Shown in pieces: positions 43,725 to 44,829 of a DNA stretch of 44,829 bases. Each line of letters begins with the position of its first letter. Positions within the stretch are counted from its first letter, which is position 1. The DNA lies in the IMG/VR virus record IMGVR_UViG_3300049983_000005, positions 1 to 44,829 of that record, one strand, 5' to 3'. Below the pieces are notes generated by a model that made no database searches, was not told where the DNA came from, and worked only from the letters and a program-made list of their open reading frames with translations. The position numbers and the translations under genes were made by a program. Source of the stretch: a virus. Lineage: Duplodnaviria > Caudoviricetes.

Positions 43725-44829
43725 AAAAGGTGAAAGGAAATATCTGATCCGCGTAAGTAAAGGAACCGGGAATGACCGGATGTTCCTTAACAAGACTTTC
43801 CGTGGCACTCTCGCCGACGCTCGAGCGGAAGGCCGGCGCCTTGAAACCCTAGTCGATTCCGACCACTCACCCCTGGAGATCACGCTGACAGTCGAGAAGG
43901 CCGTCGAGTTCTGGTTGGGTGCCGTCAAGCCTAAGATCGCCGATCGGACGCATAACGGGTACCAGGAATATTTGAGGCGTTACCTTCTCGCCACGGTCGG
44001 CCGTAAACTTCTGGCCGACGTTAAGACCTACCACATTCAAACTATTTATATTGATTTGTCGACCCGATTGTCGGCAACCACGGTCCGCAACCTTCACCGC
44101 GTACTGACGGCCTTCTTCGGCTACATGGTTCGGAAACAATATCTAAAACAGGACCCGTCGAAAGGTGTGGATCTTCCAGCGAAGCATAGAAAAGAAATGA
44201 CCGTCCTGACCGAGGCCGAGGCCGCGCGGTTGATCGAAGCATGCCAGACAGCTCGGAATGGGGCCGTCTTCTACTTTGCGCTCGAGACCGGAATGCGGCC
44301 CGAGGAATACCTAGCGCTTCGCTGGCGGGATATCGACTTTCAAAAGAATACAGTGTCGGTTGATCGCGCCGTTTCGTTTTACCGGCAAGGCGGGGGATTT
44401 TATTTCACGGAACCGAAAACCGCAAAATCGCGGCGGCTGATCCAGATCTCCGGCAACTTACGCAACCGCCTCATGGAACACCGCCGGGAGCAGAACGAAC
44501 AGCGGTTAGCTTCGAAATTATCGTACGAGGCGTTAGACCTGGTTTTTGCAAACGAGGTCGGAAGGCCGTTCGCGATAAATAATTTAACGCGGCGCTATCT
44601 GGCACCCATTTTGACCGGGCTGGATCTCGGCAAGCATATTACGCTCTATTCTCTCCGGCACTCCTGCGCGACCCTGCTCTTGATGCTTGGCGAGAATCCG
44701 AAAGTAGTCGCTGATCGACTCGGTCATAGCTCTGTTACACTGACCCTGGATACCTACTCGCACGTCCTGCCGCATATCCAGGAGGCGGCGACGGCGAAGC
44801 TGGATAACGTTTTGAGGATGAAAAGATGA
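43708..44829 (+). CDS. int: Tyrosine integrase
   Basis: TGMRPEE, PKT, YSLRHS, RLGHSS, LDTYSH catalytic motifs; N-terminal arm-binding region. Confidence 0.97.
   Translation: MASIVKKGERKYLIRVSKGTGNDRMFLNKTFRGTLADARAEGRRLETLVDSDHSPLEITLTVEKAVEFWLGAVKPKIADRTHNGYQEYLRRYLLATVGRKLLADVKTYHIQTIYIDLSTRLSATTVRNLHRVLTAFFGYMVRKQYLKQDPSKGVDLPAKHRKEMTVLTEAEAARLIEACQTARNGAVFYFALETGMRPEEYLALRWRDIDFQKNTVSVDRAVSFYRQGGGFYFTEPKTAKSRRLIQISGNLRNRLMEHRREQNEQRLASKLSYEALDLVFANEVGRPFAINNLTRRYLAPILTGLDLGKHITLYSLRHSCATLLLMLGENPKVVADRLGHSSVTLTLDTYSHVLPHIQEAATAKLDNVLRMKR

Larger units (their letters stand above)
1959..44829. mobile_element. Lambda-like siphovirus prophage, apparently intact; the distal att site lies beyond the window
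   Basis: Integrase, excisionase, regulatory, replication, lysis, GpA terminase, portal, capsid and tail modules in canonical order, starting right after the tRNA CCA. Confidence 0.95.

Overview
The window opens with host genes: recA, a convergent Pro/Asn-rich lipoprotein gene and tRNA-Phe(GAA). The host is probably a Blastocatellia-like Acidobacterium (inference from protein style only). From about 1959 to the window end lies an apparently intact ~43 kb lambda-like siphovirus prophage inserted at the tRNA 3' end. From right to left it carries a tyrosine integrase, an excisionase, an ImmA/IrrE protease and a secreted protein. Next come a divergent pair of ribbon-helix-helix regulators in place of cI/cro and an early operon (CII-like, RusA, J-domain, ParB, MmcB-like nuclease, DnaB, a repeat protein and an initiator with internal iterons). 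These are followed by a Com-like zinc ribbon, a lysis cassette, a cos-like site, terminase/portal/protease-capsid genes and a long non-contractile tail module. The most unusual elements are: (i) a membrane-anchored, output-less PAS sensor inside the lysis cassette; (ii) an all-RHH lysis/lysogeny switch with 11-bp-phased operators and an ImmA protease; (iii) a repeated late-promoter motif, plus hairpin-blocked late leaders next to a Com-like protein; (iv) a G12 tract that puts a translationally coupled start out of frame with a sigma-region-4-like regulator; (v) a -1 frameshift product whose stop codon sits in a hairpin just before the tape-measure start. All calls come from motif recognition by eye; no searches were run.
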